Source of the DNA: Sphagnum compactum
Lineage: Eukaryota
Reading direction: 5' to 3'
Assembly: GCA_965153455.1 (NCBI GenBank)
Contig: OZ234493.1
Location: 22,372,213 to 22,436,212 of the forward strand
DNA: 64,000 nt
The notes under the pieces were generated by a model. It had not been told where the DNA came from. It did not search any database and worked only from the letters and a program-made list of their open reading frames with translations. Made by a program: the position numbers and the translations under genes. Shown in pieces: positions 1-11,864 of this stretch; position 1 is the stretch's first letter, and the number at the start of each line of letters is the position of its first letter.

Positions 1-65
1 ATCTGAGCTAAGACTTTCATAGTTATCAACAATGGAGAAGTTCCAAGAACCAACAGAGGAGAGTG

Positions 66-1784
66 TCAAGAGCCATTCGATGCTGACCACCGCATGAATG
101 TGCAGGCAACAACTGCCATAGCAAATCTTGCCCTGGCCAGTGGTGATCGTGTCAAAGGTACAGGAGCATTCTCCCGAACTATATTGCTTTCTTGGACGGG
201 TCTCACCTGTATTGCACATTGAAACCCAATTGTCAGGCAGGTTGCAAGTAGCATTTATGACCTTCTACATATGATATCGAACACCATGAGCACCATTACA
301 GCTACACAGTAGTTGCAGCTACAAGCACAAACAATAAATGCACATTCTGTAACAAGATTCTGGGGGAGCTGAATCAAGTATTTCACCTGTGCCTCAGGTA
401 CAACTGTTGTTGGAGAGGTGTCAAGTGCAACAACCAGCGATACTCGGTTTGTTAGCAGCCATTCAACGCTGGCTGGAGTGACAGCTCGACATTTCTTGAC
501 TTTGATCTTCACAAGACTAGGGCATCCACCCACAAGTGCCTCCATACCCCTGTCCGAGATTGGACAACCCTTGATGCAAAGTTTCTTCAGGGCAAGGCAC
601 TTGTCTGCTATGCAGGAAAGCTCCAAATCCCCAAAGGTATCACTTGTGCAGATTGCTAACCGCTCAAGGCTTGAGCAATTGGAGGCCAGAAGACTGAGGC
701 TAGACATTGTAGCATTGAGACCAATTATAACAAGTTCCTGTAGGTCTTTGCAATTTCTGGCCACAGTGTCAAGGCCTTCATCTCCCAGTTGGTTGTTCTT
801 CCAGCTGTCAATATGAAGTTTGCAGAGTTTTGGGCAACCATTAGCAATTGCCGACAAACCCTTGTTTGTACACTCAGATGGCTTCACAACATACAGGACT
901 TGTAGGTTTGTGCAGCATGCTACAGCTTGTAAACCCCGATCGGTTAACATCACTTTCTCAATATGCAGTTCGACAAGGCTAGCCATGTGCACAGTGATGG
1001 ATTCAAACAGTAGATCCCAGTTACCCGAGATTCTTGAAAGCATCAGAGTGTGCAAATTCTTGGACTGTGCGATGAGCGGGTAAACAAGCAATTGTCCATT
1101 AGGAAAATCCTTCAAACACAGTCTTCGAATACTGCAGGAGGTATTTGGGAGTATGAATTCAGATGAATCCTTGAAGCCTTTCAGTCGCTTCACAGTTAGA
1201 TCCTCTAGATTCGCACAGTGCTGCAGGATAGAGTTCAAACCTTGTGGACCAAATTGACAAGAGCCACATGAGAATTTTCGCAAAGTGGAGCCACAAAGCT
1301 TAGCAAATCGATCAATCCCTTGGTCTGTCAAACCCTTACAGGCCTTCAGCTTCAGTTTCCGCAGCTGTTGACATCCCCTTCCCACCACACAAAGCGCATC
1401 ATCATCGATACTGCAGCGCTTTCGGTCACACTTGAGTGTAAGCTTGGTGATATGCTGAAACCGCTCTAGCAAAGCCGGCAACGCCGATCCAATCTCCACA
1501 CAAGCTTGCAAGGACAGCCGTTGCCGCGCTTGTCCTTCTACCCTGTACCATCTCTTACACACCAACGAACACTGCCTCCTGTCCGACAGCTCCAGTTTCT
1601 GAAATACCGCAGCAAGACACTCATCCGGCGCAAATACTGTCAAATCCATTCTTGAAAACAACAAGCTCCGTCCTCCTTCTCCTTCTCCTTTCTCCTCCTC
1701 CTCCTCTTCCCCCTCCTCCTCCTCCTCCTCCTCCTCATGGTCTACCCCATGTGCACACGCTGCCGCAGAGCTTGCTTGCCCCAT
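66..1784 (-). CDS. F-box/LRR protein, VFB/SKIP2 (At1g47056-like) family; two exons, 1784-387 and 206-66
   Basis: ATG at 1784 gives MGQASS (a myristoylation-like N-terminus); the ORF-track start at 1805 is GTG. F-box motif PDECLAAVFQKL..DRRQCSLVCKRW is followed by many cysteine-type LRRs. Phase-0 intron 386-207 (CAG|GTGAAA ... TACAG|GTG) joins to an exon ending AVVACTFMRWSASNGS*, which matches the family C-terminal VACT.RRW motif. Confidence 0.92.
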
Positions 1785-2328
1785 CCTTCCCGTCTCCTCT
1801 CCCACAAACCCAGACCCTAATCACAAATCCCTTGAAAAAACACCCCACACACACAAACATACATACCCACCCACCTACCAACCTATGTACCTACCACACG
1901 TTCTTTGCTACAATCCCCACGCACCCAATAATACACTCCAAACTCTTCTTCCAAGCTCTTCTTCCAAAAACTCTTCTTCCAAACCCTTGTTGTTGTTACA
2001 AGTTTTGGCTTGGCTACCCAATACTTAACATTCCACCCCCCAACTTCCAACACTCCAAACAACTCTTCTTCTTCTTATAGCAGAATCTCAACGACATACA
2101 CTCCAAATCTCTTGAAGAAACAACACACATACTCAAATGCCACACTTTTGTCACAATCCCCACCTTCCACCCAGGAAACTCCACCCCTAAGTTACAACTC
2201 TCAAACTCTTCTTGTTACAAATCCTCCTCACCTCCGAATCCCTTTGAAGAAACACCAAAAGAACACACACCCGCCTACCAAACTTTTCTTACAATATGCC
2301 CACTCAGCCACCCAATACGCCCCAAACC

Positions 2329-2716
2329 CTTCTTGTTACAAAACTTTTGCCACCCAATACACTCCACCAAGAGTTCCAACACCGCAGAATCTTCTTGTTA
2401 CAAATCCTCGCCCAATTCACTCCACCAAGAGTTCCAACACTGCAGAATCTTCTTGTTACAAATCCTGACCCAATTCACTCCACCAAAAGATCCAACACTG
2501 CAGAATTTTCTTGTTACAAATCCTCACCAATTCACTCCACCAAAAGTTCCAACACTGCAGAATCTTCTTGTTACAAATCCTCACCCAATTCACTCCACCA
2601 AAAAGCTCTAACACTGCAGAATCTTCTTGTTACAAATCATCACCCAATTCACTCCACCAAAAAGTTCCAACACTGCAGAATCTTCTTGTTACAAATCATC
2701 ACCCGATTCACTCCAA
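2329..2716. repeat. 57-59 bp minisatellite, about 6.5 copies, 5' of the F-box gene
   Basis: Unit CTTCTTGTTACAAATCCTCACCCAATTCACTCCACCAAAAGTTCCAACACTGCAGAAT starts at 2391, 2449, 2507, 2564, 2623 and 2682. More degenerate copies lie toward about 1900. Confidence 0.95.
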
Positions 2717-2733
2717 ACATTCATGTCCTAGAT

Positions 2734-2772
<39 letters not shown>
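2734..2772. repeat. (GA)n microsatellite
   Basis: Directly visible, with one interruption. Confidence 0.95.
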
Positions 2773-3373
2773 CTAAAGGACCACCATCACCAAAAGCAAA
2801 CCAATGATTGAAGTGTGATTTTAGCACTGATGACCATCATGGTAATGAAGTTTTCTTTTGGACAATTTTGTTGTGAAAATGATCATCATGTTCATGATAG
2901 TAATGAATTTTCTTTTGGGAACAATTTTGTTGTGAAAATGATCATCATGATCACCACATGAAGTTTTCTTTCTTTTTTTCTTTTTTTCCTTTTTCTGTTG
3001 GGGATATTGTTGTCGAAAAGTGATCATCACGAATCATGATGGTAGTGATTCTTATTATGATATTGTTCATGTTAAAAGTTGTTTAAATTAATGTGTTTGG
3101 GTGAGTTTCATTTGCTTTGGTTACCATGTTTTCACTTGGGAGAAAGAACTAAATTTCATATGATTGTGTTTTGGTTTTGGGTGGGAGTGGAGTGAGGTTG
3201 GATTAGGGTCATAAGAGACTTGTCAGCTTTCCAATGATTAGTGGTAATAAATGTGCTTTGATGATGTGGGGTTGTCTATTAATCAATCTACTAGTCTATC
3301 CCACTTGACTTCCTACTTTTGTAGACTTCACATTTAGTCTACAAAAGACTTTGCATTTTGATGCTTGATTTTG

Positions 3374-3499
3374 TCGGAGCAAGTTGTGATTGACCTTCTA
3401 GGTAGTAAGACTTGTTGCTTCAACTTGCATTTACTCGGAGCAAGTTGTGATTGACCTTGTAGGTAGTAAGACTTGTTGCTTCAACTTGCATTTACTCGG
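3374..3499. repeat. 61-bp tandem duplication
   Basis: TCGGAGCAAGTTGTGATTGACCTT...CTTGCATTTAC occurs at 3374 and 3435 with one mismatch. Confidence 0.95.
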
Positions 3500-4985
3500 T
3501 GATTCCCTTACAACATTTTGAAGGTAGGAATTTTGTGCACCAATGAGTTGGGTTCAAAGTCTTTCATTTTACCAATGTCATGCAAGGTATGGGAATGGAA
3601 AGGGAACAAATTTCATTGATTTAAGATAAAACAAAGAGTCTCAACAAAATCACCTTGAAAATCCTACATAAAATTGGAAGCATATTACCATTAGTGTTCA
3701 TGATGTTCATGTCAACCTTTGCATTGCTACACCCACACAATGGGATTTTTCCTCGATAGTGTTTTAAACTCTTGCACCCAATATATATTAACCAAAGTTG
3801 TTTACAATGCAATTGGGAAGGATCACAATTATCATACATGGATGTAAATTAGAAGATAAATATTACATGACGGGGCATTCCTTGTCTCTTATCTTGTATC
3901 ACTTTTGGCACCTTACATGGAAAAGCAAAACACTAGATTATGAAAATGACATGATATTTGTCAATATCATGTAATTGCCATTATGTTACAACACTTTTAG
4001 GTTGTATAGTACCCGATCAGAAAGTTCAAAACTTATTAAAATGGGTTTTCTCAATGTTGTGTATTACATCCTCCTATAACTCACATCTTTTCCATTAAGG
4101 CTCATAACACGGTGGTTAAGCTCCCATTTTAGCATGCCAATCTACTTATTTTCACAAGTTAATTCACCCCCTCGCCACTTGCCAACCTTTTGGTTTGAAT
4201 TTTTTTTTTCAAAGATTATTTCAAAAATGACAACTTGTCATTCATTCCAAAATGGCTCTTGTGATTTCCAAAATGCAAATATAAGTAGATTAATTGGAAA
4301 TTATAAATTTTTCATTGTAATCCAACTTCAATGTGAATAAAATTTGGAGATAATATATTAAAAGAAACAATGCATTTGCCATATTTTGGGGATGTTTAAC
4401 CATGGTGCAACTTTTTAACAAATTCGTTTAAATTTATCATAAAATTAATAAAAATGTCAACTATTTTTAAATAGGATAATTATTTTATATAAGTTTCTGG
4501 TTTATTGCTTAAATTCATATTTCATTATGAAATGGGTTGAAATTATTTGTGATTGCAGTTATGTCCAAATTGTTATTTTAGGTAAAATTGTTAACTAACA
4601 TGGGATACAACTTTAGTTAAAATATTAATGTGTTATTAGAAGTAAAATAACATATGCCAAGTTTAATACATAATATAAGTTTTAGGTTGAAATAATGTTA
4701 TGCCCAAACTTTATAAACTTTCAAAAGGAAAATTGAAGAATTAAGGGGGGCAAATTGTTTTGGTTTAAACATTATAAACTTAGTGAATGTGTGACCATTA
4801 AAGAAATCAAATGGTCAAGATTAAACAAGTTTAAATGGTTTAAATCAAAAATATATTCCTTCCGTGAACAAGTCATGGGGTGAGCAAAAACATGAACATA
4901 ATGACCTCGTAATCTGTTTTCATAACATTTCTAAAAAAATATCTCATCACCGGTAAAAGAATGAATCTTACATTTCAAAAAAAAT

Positions 4986-5124
4986 CATTACAACAAAGGT
5001 GTCCTTGTATGTCAAATGATTTCATTGAATTTTGAATGAATTTGCTGGACCCAATGAGGATGCAATGAATTCACTAATATAATGAACAAGGATTAATGAA
5101 TTGCACCTACATTTTGTAGTAATG
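4986..5124. mobile_element. Small non-autonomous CACTA-like element, degenerate copy
   Basis: Ends are CATTACAACAAAGGTG and CATTTTGTAGTAATG. The interior is colinear with the 9120-9273 copy. Confidence 0.55.
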
Positions 5125-8100
5125 CTTTTTAAATTCAATCATAAGGGCATGCCTTTTCTTTTTTTACATAGTGTTAAAATCTTGGCCATTAAATACCAAA
5201 AAATAATTATCTAATAGGCCATTACATGTGGTCAAAGGCACCAAATTACACACATAATTTTGATGCAGGCCTTTAACCATCACTTCAATTAAGTGATTGA
5301 ATTTAATAACACCCCCCCGCCATCGCCCCCTTCACAAATGTTAGCTATTACATAGTTATTGTCATGCTTCTTCCTATTATCAATTTATGATATGATCTTA
5401 TTTCTCCAAATCAAAATATATTGTTTGCAACACAACTAATTTTTCAAATTTTCAAATATCCCTCAATTAAAAAAGGTAAATTGTTTTTTTTTTTGGTCAT
5501 GTTGAGATTTCGCAAATCACAATGTTCCATGTTGTGTTTTTGCTACCTTGGAAAACCCTCAATGAATAAAGTTTCATGGAGGTGAAATCATAATTTTTAG
5601 ATTTAAGATCAATGAAATATTGAATTTTGAGTATTTTTATAATTGCAAAATTGAGTATAAATTAAAACCTAAAATATTAATGACAATTGGATTTCAAATT
5701 TGGGCTAAAAAAGACGTACCATTTTATTTTTTTAAATCATTCAAATTTCAGTTTGTGTTTAAGACACATGCCACACTAGTACTTATAATTTTTGCAACTT
5801 TGTTAACTTGTTATTGATGCACTCATTATTTCATGGATACAATGTTACACATTATGCTAGATTATTTTGTTGTATGGCTATAATCATGTCCTTAAAAAAA
5901 TAGAACTCCTTACCACCTAACCAAATGTCAACTTGCCCTATTAGGCTCACCATTTTCCTACGTGGAAATAATACAAGGCAATTAAATGATCAATCCTTTT
6001 AGAAACTATTAAACATGCCAATAGTTTTTAATACAATTCAAGGAAAACTTGTGTAATCAACTTGTATTGGCCCCCACACTTCCAACAATCTTTTCCCCAA
6101 AACAATTATAACAACGACCTTGATATATAGCCTTTTCATAACTACCATATTAGTAAATCTTGTAACATCCATAACTTACCCCACAACCATCTCATCCTCA
6201 TGCACAAACTTTGTTAGGGATGTGATGGCATGTCATGTTTATAATACCATATAACAAACATGCATGTCAATATGTTGCCACCTCCATTTAAGGTTTAAGG
6301 TCTTTAACTTCCTATTTCCAAATTTTGCAATGTGTTCCCCTATTTTGCTCTTATTTTCTTGTTGAAAGTTAGTTTTATTCCATTGTTATCATTTTCTTGT
6401 TGTATTATTGATCAAGCTCAACTAGAATCCTCTACTCGCTTGGAATCCTCTCTTTATATTCACTCGACTATCTATTTATGAAGGAAGGTAGTTTGTTTTG
6501 TGTTGTTTTTTTTTTAAGTCATGAGATCCACCGAACCGGGATGCTTCAGATCTCGTTCTTGGTGTCTTTGGAAAGCCCTCACGAGGAGGGGTGCATGGCC
6601 TTGGTGTGCAAAATTTTGCAAATCCTACTATTAATGGAAGGTACTTTGTTATGGAGGTAGGCTAGAAAGGCCAAAATCTAAGCTTAAATCTTAGAGTGCC
6701 ACTTGGTACCAAATAATTTTTGATTTGTTATGTTTTGTTTGTTTGGTGGGTACTTCGATGAGTAAGGTGCATTTTTGGTGATTTTGTAAATGTTGGTCTT
6801 GAAAACATACCGAAAAGAAAATCTTTTTCCAAAAACTCTGCCATCCTAAAGGACGAGGGTTTACTTGAGTATCTAACTAGGCCTGGATGGCATGCATGTT
6901 GTCACCTTGCTTCTCAAGTGTGCCTCTCTATGTGGGCAGTGAAGATGGTTATGATGGTCACTCAATGATGGTTTATGTGATGAGTAGGGTAGTGCCTGAG
7001 GAGCAGGTTGTTCCCAAAATAATTGCCCACCCAAGTGGATTTGAGGGGCGCATATTAGTCCCCCCCAAGCAGGCATTAACCCCCTCTCCAAGGCAATACC
7101 CAACAAAAAGCATAAGTAAAAACAAAAATTATTTGTTTTTCCCATGGCAGAAATTTTTTTGACTAGTTTCTATTTAAATATGATTTTTTCCCCTTTTATT
7201 GTGTGTTGTTGAAAGGTGTATCAAAAAGTTGCCCATTTATCAATCCTCATAAATTAGCCCAATTTATACCACCCAAATGCATCCATCACTAGTTTGTGTA
7301 TTGTTTTACCTCAATGAAGGATATTCAAATGGTGCACCAACAACTTCGCATTGAAGGAAATTAAACAACATTCATCAACTTCACAGTGAAGGACAGTTGA
7401 ATTGTAGATTAACAATAGGCATTACACCTCGATCACCTTGTGTTTTACCTTGTTATCCCCCTTAACATGGTGTATTGACGAAAGGTGCTTCATTATTATT
7501 CACAATTCCAAGCTTTCAATTCATGAATTTCAAGCCAAATAGATTAGATTATAGATAGTCTAAAAAAGGGCTTATATGCAAGAGTTGCACTTGATCATTA
7601 GAAGATTATGTAGAAAGGGTCCATCCAAGAGTTGGATTCCCGAGGTAAACATTAAATGTTAAAATTTTACACTACATTTGTCAAACAAGCTATTGTTTGG
7701 GGGACATTATGTGAAGGAACTTAATTTTTTCTGCTCTATTATTACATAATTTTTAATATTGACATATTTAAGTCACCCTAAGTTTAATTATATATTTTGT
7801 TTACATGATCAAATTTTGATACCCTATATTTCTTTAAATTTTTAGTTTAAAATTTGAAATTGTGAAGAATGATGAAAATGCAAGTAAACATGTTAAAATC
7901 ATGTGATAAGATTACTATCTTTTCAACATACCATATGTATTTAGCACATTTTTCAACTAGGTAATTGAATAGTGGAAAAACAAAATACCTATCTAAAGTG
8001 TAAGTTTTTTTTAAATGGTTAAAGTGTTAATGGTGTGGAGGGATCCTTCACTTCATCTTCCTCCACATTCAATTATTAGATCATTTATTAGTATGAGTTC

Positions 8101-9119
8101 TCTTATTACTTATTAATTATACCTATTAACATATAATACCCAAAATTTTAATACATATTTGATTTTTATTTTTATTTCTAATATTTGGGATTAACATCTA
8201 CCTTATATTAAATATATCTTTTTTTTCAAAATAAATATAATCCTATTATAGAATTAATAAAAAAATATTTTTTGCCCAACAAGCAATAAATGGGACTGTA
8301 TATTTTTCCTTGCATAGTATGTAAATTCAAAAAAAAATGTCCCCCCTTGTGTTGCACTAGTTCTACATACTTATGTTGGAGAAATGAGTCAATTCCAATT
8401 TTCATGATTATAGAAAGACTAGTCCAAACCTATGGCAAACACCATTTTTCCTTATGAAACATGGTGAAATCACATAACCATCCTTCAACCTTATGGACTT
8501 CGCACATTGTGCTTATAACTTGCCATTCATCGTAACCTACCCAACACAACTTATGTGCTTTAAAAGTTGTTACATATTATAAATTATATGGCTTATAAAT
8601 TATTATGCTACATTTTATTTGTTTCCCTTTAATGTTTATGATGTCTATTAGGACTCCATGTTGCAACATTTTCATAATACATAAGTCATCTTATAGTATC
8701 TCAATAGTGATTGTTGAACCCTTCTCATTATTGTTTCCATAATCACATTATGTTGAGCCATGTATAAATTCTTGTGACCCACCATTTTCATTACATAACT
8801 ATCTCATTCACCTTTGGCCTTTGCCATTTGCAATATCCTCTTCTTATTCTTTGAAACAAATCTCATGTATTTAATAATAGAATCTATTCATAATAAGTAA
8901 AAAATGTATTCAAACTCATTGCATAAGATTGTAATATGATATTACAAACTTTCCTCAAAGTGATAAATTAACATGAATCAATCATATTTCATACATTGTT
9001 TTTTTTTCTTGTGGTGTTTTTTAGAACTAAATCCAACGTACCAACAACATTGTTTTAAACCTTTCTTAGTTCCTAATCACTAGGGTAACTATGTTTATCA
9101 TTGAACACGCACCCATTAA

Positions 9120-9273
9120 CACTACAACAAAATGCGTCCTTGTTCACCAAGTGATTTCATTGGATTTTGAGTGAATTCACTAGTTGTAGTGAACGAGGAC
9201 CAGTGAAAAAACAGTGAATTCACTGATCTAGTGAACGAGGACTAGTGAACTACACCCACATTTTGTAATAGCG
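9120..9273. mobile_element. Small non-autonomous CACTA-like element
   Basis: Starts CACTACAACAAAATG and ends CATTTTGTAATAGCG (12/15 match as an inverted repeat). Internal repeats include AGTGAACGAGGAC and GTGAATTCACT. The 3-bp flanks are TAA/CAA. Confidence 0.65.
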
Positions 9274-10174
9274 CAAACACCTTCCACTAATCAAACCATG
9301 TTTCAATACCAATGTTACCAGTCGAGAGTTCATGTTTTTGTAGATGTCATGTTTCAAGGCCATGTTACGAGTGTAGAGTTCATGTTTATTTTACTAATAT
9401 ATTCTTTGTTTGTTTCTAAGGTTTTAAAACGTTCTCATGTCAGATCATGTGCGTGTCGAAAGTGTTTGGTATCACAAAGAACTTGACAGCGGGTCTTGCG
9501 AGCATTCTGTGATCAACTATTGCCTCCTCAATTGGGGCTTTGGAATTAGAACCAGGCAAAGGTCAGAAACATACCCAAAAAATTGATTGACCTCACCAAG
9601 CAAATGCAGACAGAATGCTGATCCACAACAAGACATAGAACCGCTTGTGGCCTGCACATTGACGATTCATGGGAGTTTGATGCATACTCAAAGCAAGCCT
9701 GAGCTAGACTACTTCTCTGATGAATCAAGCAAAATGCAATGCGTGGGCTCAGAGGTCTCATAGTATAATCTTTGTTCAATATATGTATCCTTTGGTCACA
9801 AGAGAACAGGCATCCTTCACTGATCCATCGGAACAGGCATACAGATCACAGGGTAGTAACAAGTAACGAACTTAGAGCCAAACTGAGTGAGGATTGTGGC
9901 CATTGAAGTCTGGTTGGTCGCGGACATGTCCGAGAGTGTATATGACGCAATTGATGTTCCGGACTGCACAGTCGCGCCAAGCACCGGGAATGGAACATGA
10001 AACGAACTTCATCCGGTTTGCTTTGTCGCATTGTTTTTTTTTTTTTTGGGTGGGTTGGTTGCTGCAACCGGCCTCTTCCCGAGATGAATATACGTCAACA
10101 TTCTATTGCATAATCGTGGTAGAACAACGGCAGTCCTGCCCGCGCATCTGTTCCTGTATTTGCAGCAGCCACCT

Positions 10175-11598
10175 TCACGCCACAACCAGCTGCAGCAGAG
10201 TTTCTGTAAACTGCCACAGCAAGCTGGAATCGTGCGTGTGGAATGCAGCACCTGTGTAATATGTCCTCCTCTGGCCCTGCAGTCCATACAACTCCTTGTA
10301 GAATCCGTCCTTGATCGCCTTCGCCGGGACCCTGAGCTCATACGGCGTGTGGCTGGAAAAGATTGCTAAATGCGGCAGCGTCGTCGGCAGCGTACCCGCC
10401 GTACCTAGCCGAGAGATGGTACCAATGATAGCGGCCTCGACCTAAGCGTCCGGGAGGGGGTGGTCGCTGCCGAAATAAACCGCGTGTAGCCCTGGAACTG
10501 CCGTCGGCTCAATCAGGTAGGCGCCCGGGAGAATGGGTAGGTTGTATGGTGTATCGGTGCCGACGTTCACAATCTTTACGTTATCGGGGATGCCAGTGTG
10601 CCGTAGGAGGCTGATATAGTACCCAACATTGCGAAACTGGGCGAAGAGAGAGGTTTCATTGGAGGAGAGGTCCCAGCCGACGAGGTTGTAGAGCTTTGGT
10701 GGGATGGTCAGGAGGATCTTCTTCGCCTGGATGAGCTTGAGCCCGTCTGGAGTCTTGACTACCACCTTGGCGTATGCTCCCACGGCGTCGCGGTCCATCG
10801 CCACAGTGTAACTCTTCAACAACACATCCTGCCCTAGCTCCGTCGTCGCCTTATCGTACAATTCGCTATTATCATGCCTTGCTGTCGTCAAGAACCCAAT
10901 CTCGAGGTCCCTGATGAGATCGCTCCCAAACGCCTTGAACACGTATAGCGTCGAGAGATTGAGGAGATCGGCCACCTCCGTGTATCCGAAGATCAACTGG
11001 ACGACCCCTTGGAGGGAGTATTTGGTGACGAAGTCCCCGAACGGCAGCAGCAGGTCCTCGGGCACAGGGTAGGTGAGGTTGAAACCCGTCTGCACGTATG
11101 GGTACTTCGCGAGTTGTGCGACGTACCCGGCCAGAGCCGCCCTAGGGTCCGATGGCACGTAACCCGCTACTTCCTTTCCTGTGCTGAACTCCACATATGT
11201 GGACGTCGCGCCGGGGCTGGACAAGTTCGTCGTCACGAGCGGGATGCTGAAGCGCTTGAAGTAGTTCTTGACGATGTCGAGATTATGAAAGGCCTGCACC
11301 CCGAAGTCGACCGTGCGTCCGGTCTGGGGATCTGTATAAGTTTGTGTATGTCCTCCCATGCGGTCCTTGTGTTCCACCACAACCACGCTCTTGCCCAAGT
11401 CGCGTAGGGGGATGGCTGCATATGTGCCGCTCGAGCCGCCCCCCCAACGATGCAGACGTCGCGGGTGATTACGTCGGTGAAATTGTACTCTTCCAGCTTG
11501 AAGTCGGAGTACTGGCTTGGCAACGCAGTGGCAACAGAAAGAAAGCTCGCCGCGGCGAGCATTAATAGATATCGAACGACAATCCCCATGACTGTCAT
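10175..11598 (-). pseudogene. Secreted FAD-dependent oxidoreductase, fungal-type flavin amine oxidase / beta-cyclopiazonate dehydrogenase (CpaO)-like; one frameshift and one internal stop
   Basis: Manual joining of frames gives a signal peptide M(TVM)GIVVRYLLMLAAASFLSVATA, then VITRDVCIVGG|GSSGTYAA.LRDLGKSVVVVEHKDRMGGHT (Rossmann GxGxxG plus GG motif). The frame is broken by a 7-G run at 11439-11445 and there is a TAG at 10442-10444. The same frame continues VEAAIIGTISRL...FSSHTPYEL...GFYKELYGLQGQRRTYYTGAAFHTHDSSLLWQFTETLLQLVVA* with the stop at 10175-10177. No CDS intron is needed. Confidence 0.88.
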
Positions 11599-11732
11599 TT
11601 CTAGCTGCAAGTGTCGTCTTGGATAAAATTTCGAGAACCTGGACCAAGACCATTGCAGTGTGTGAGAACAATCGCATATGTAGCTGACGAAGAAGAAGAC
11701 ACGAGCTCAGGAAAGTCCAGTACAGATTCATC

Positions 11733-11864
11733 ACGGCAGGCAGGGATGACCAAAAAAAGGAGTACTGGCTTGGCAGCGCAGTGGCAACTTTTCTTTTCAT
11801 AACGGCAGGCAGTGATGACCAAAAAAAGGAGTACTGGCTTGGCAGAGCAGTGGCAACTTTTCTT
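11733..11864. repeat. 69-bp tandem duplication upstream of the oxidoreductase; each unit holds a 30-nt copy of its coding sequence
   Basis: Units start at 11733 and 11802. GGAGTACTGGCTTGGCA..GCAGTGGCAAC occurs at 11506-11535 (CDS), 11759-11788 and 11828-11857. Confidence 0.93.

Noticed and set aside
255-386. C-terminal tail of the 516-aa ORF (VKYLIQLPQN...)
   Set aside because: Read-through into the intron. The family-like C-terminus is in exon 206-66.
2010-2811. Overlapping repetitive ORFs; CRISPR-like periodicity
   Set aside because: These are translations of a minisatellite. There are no unique spacers and no cas genes.
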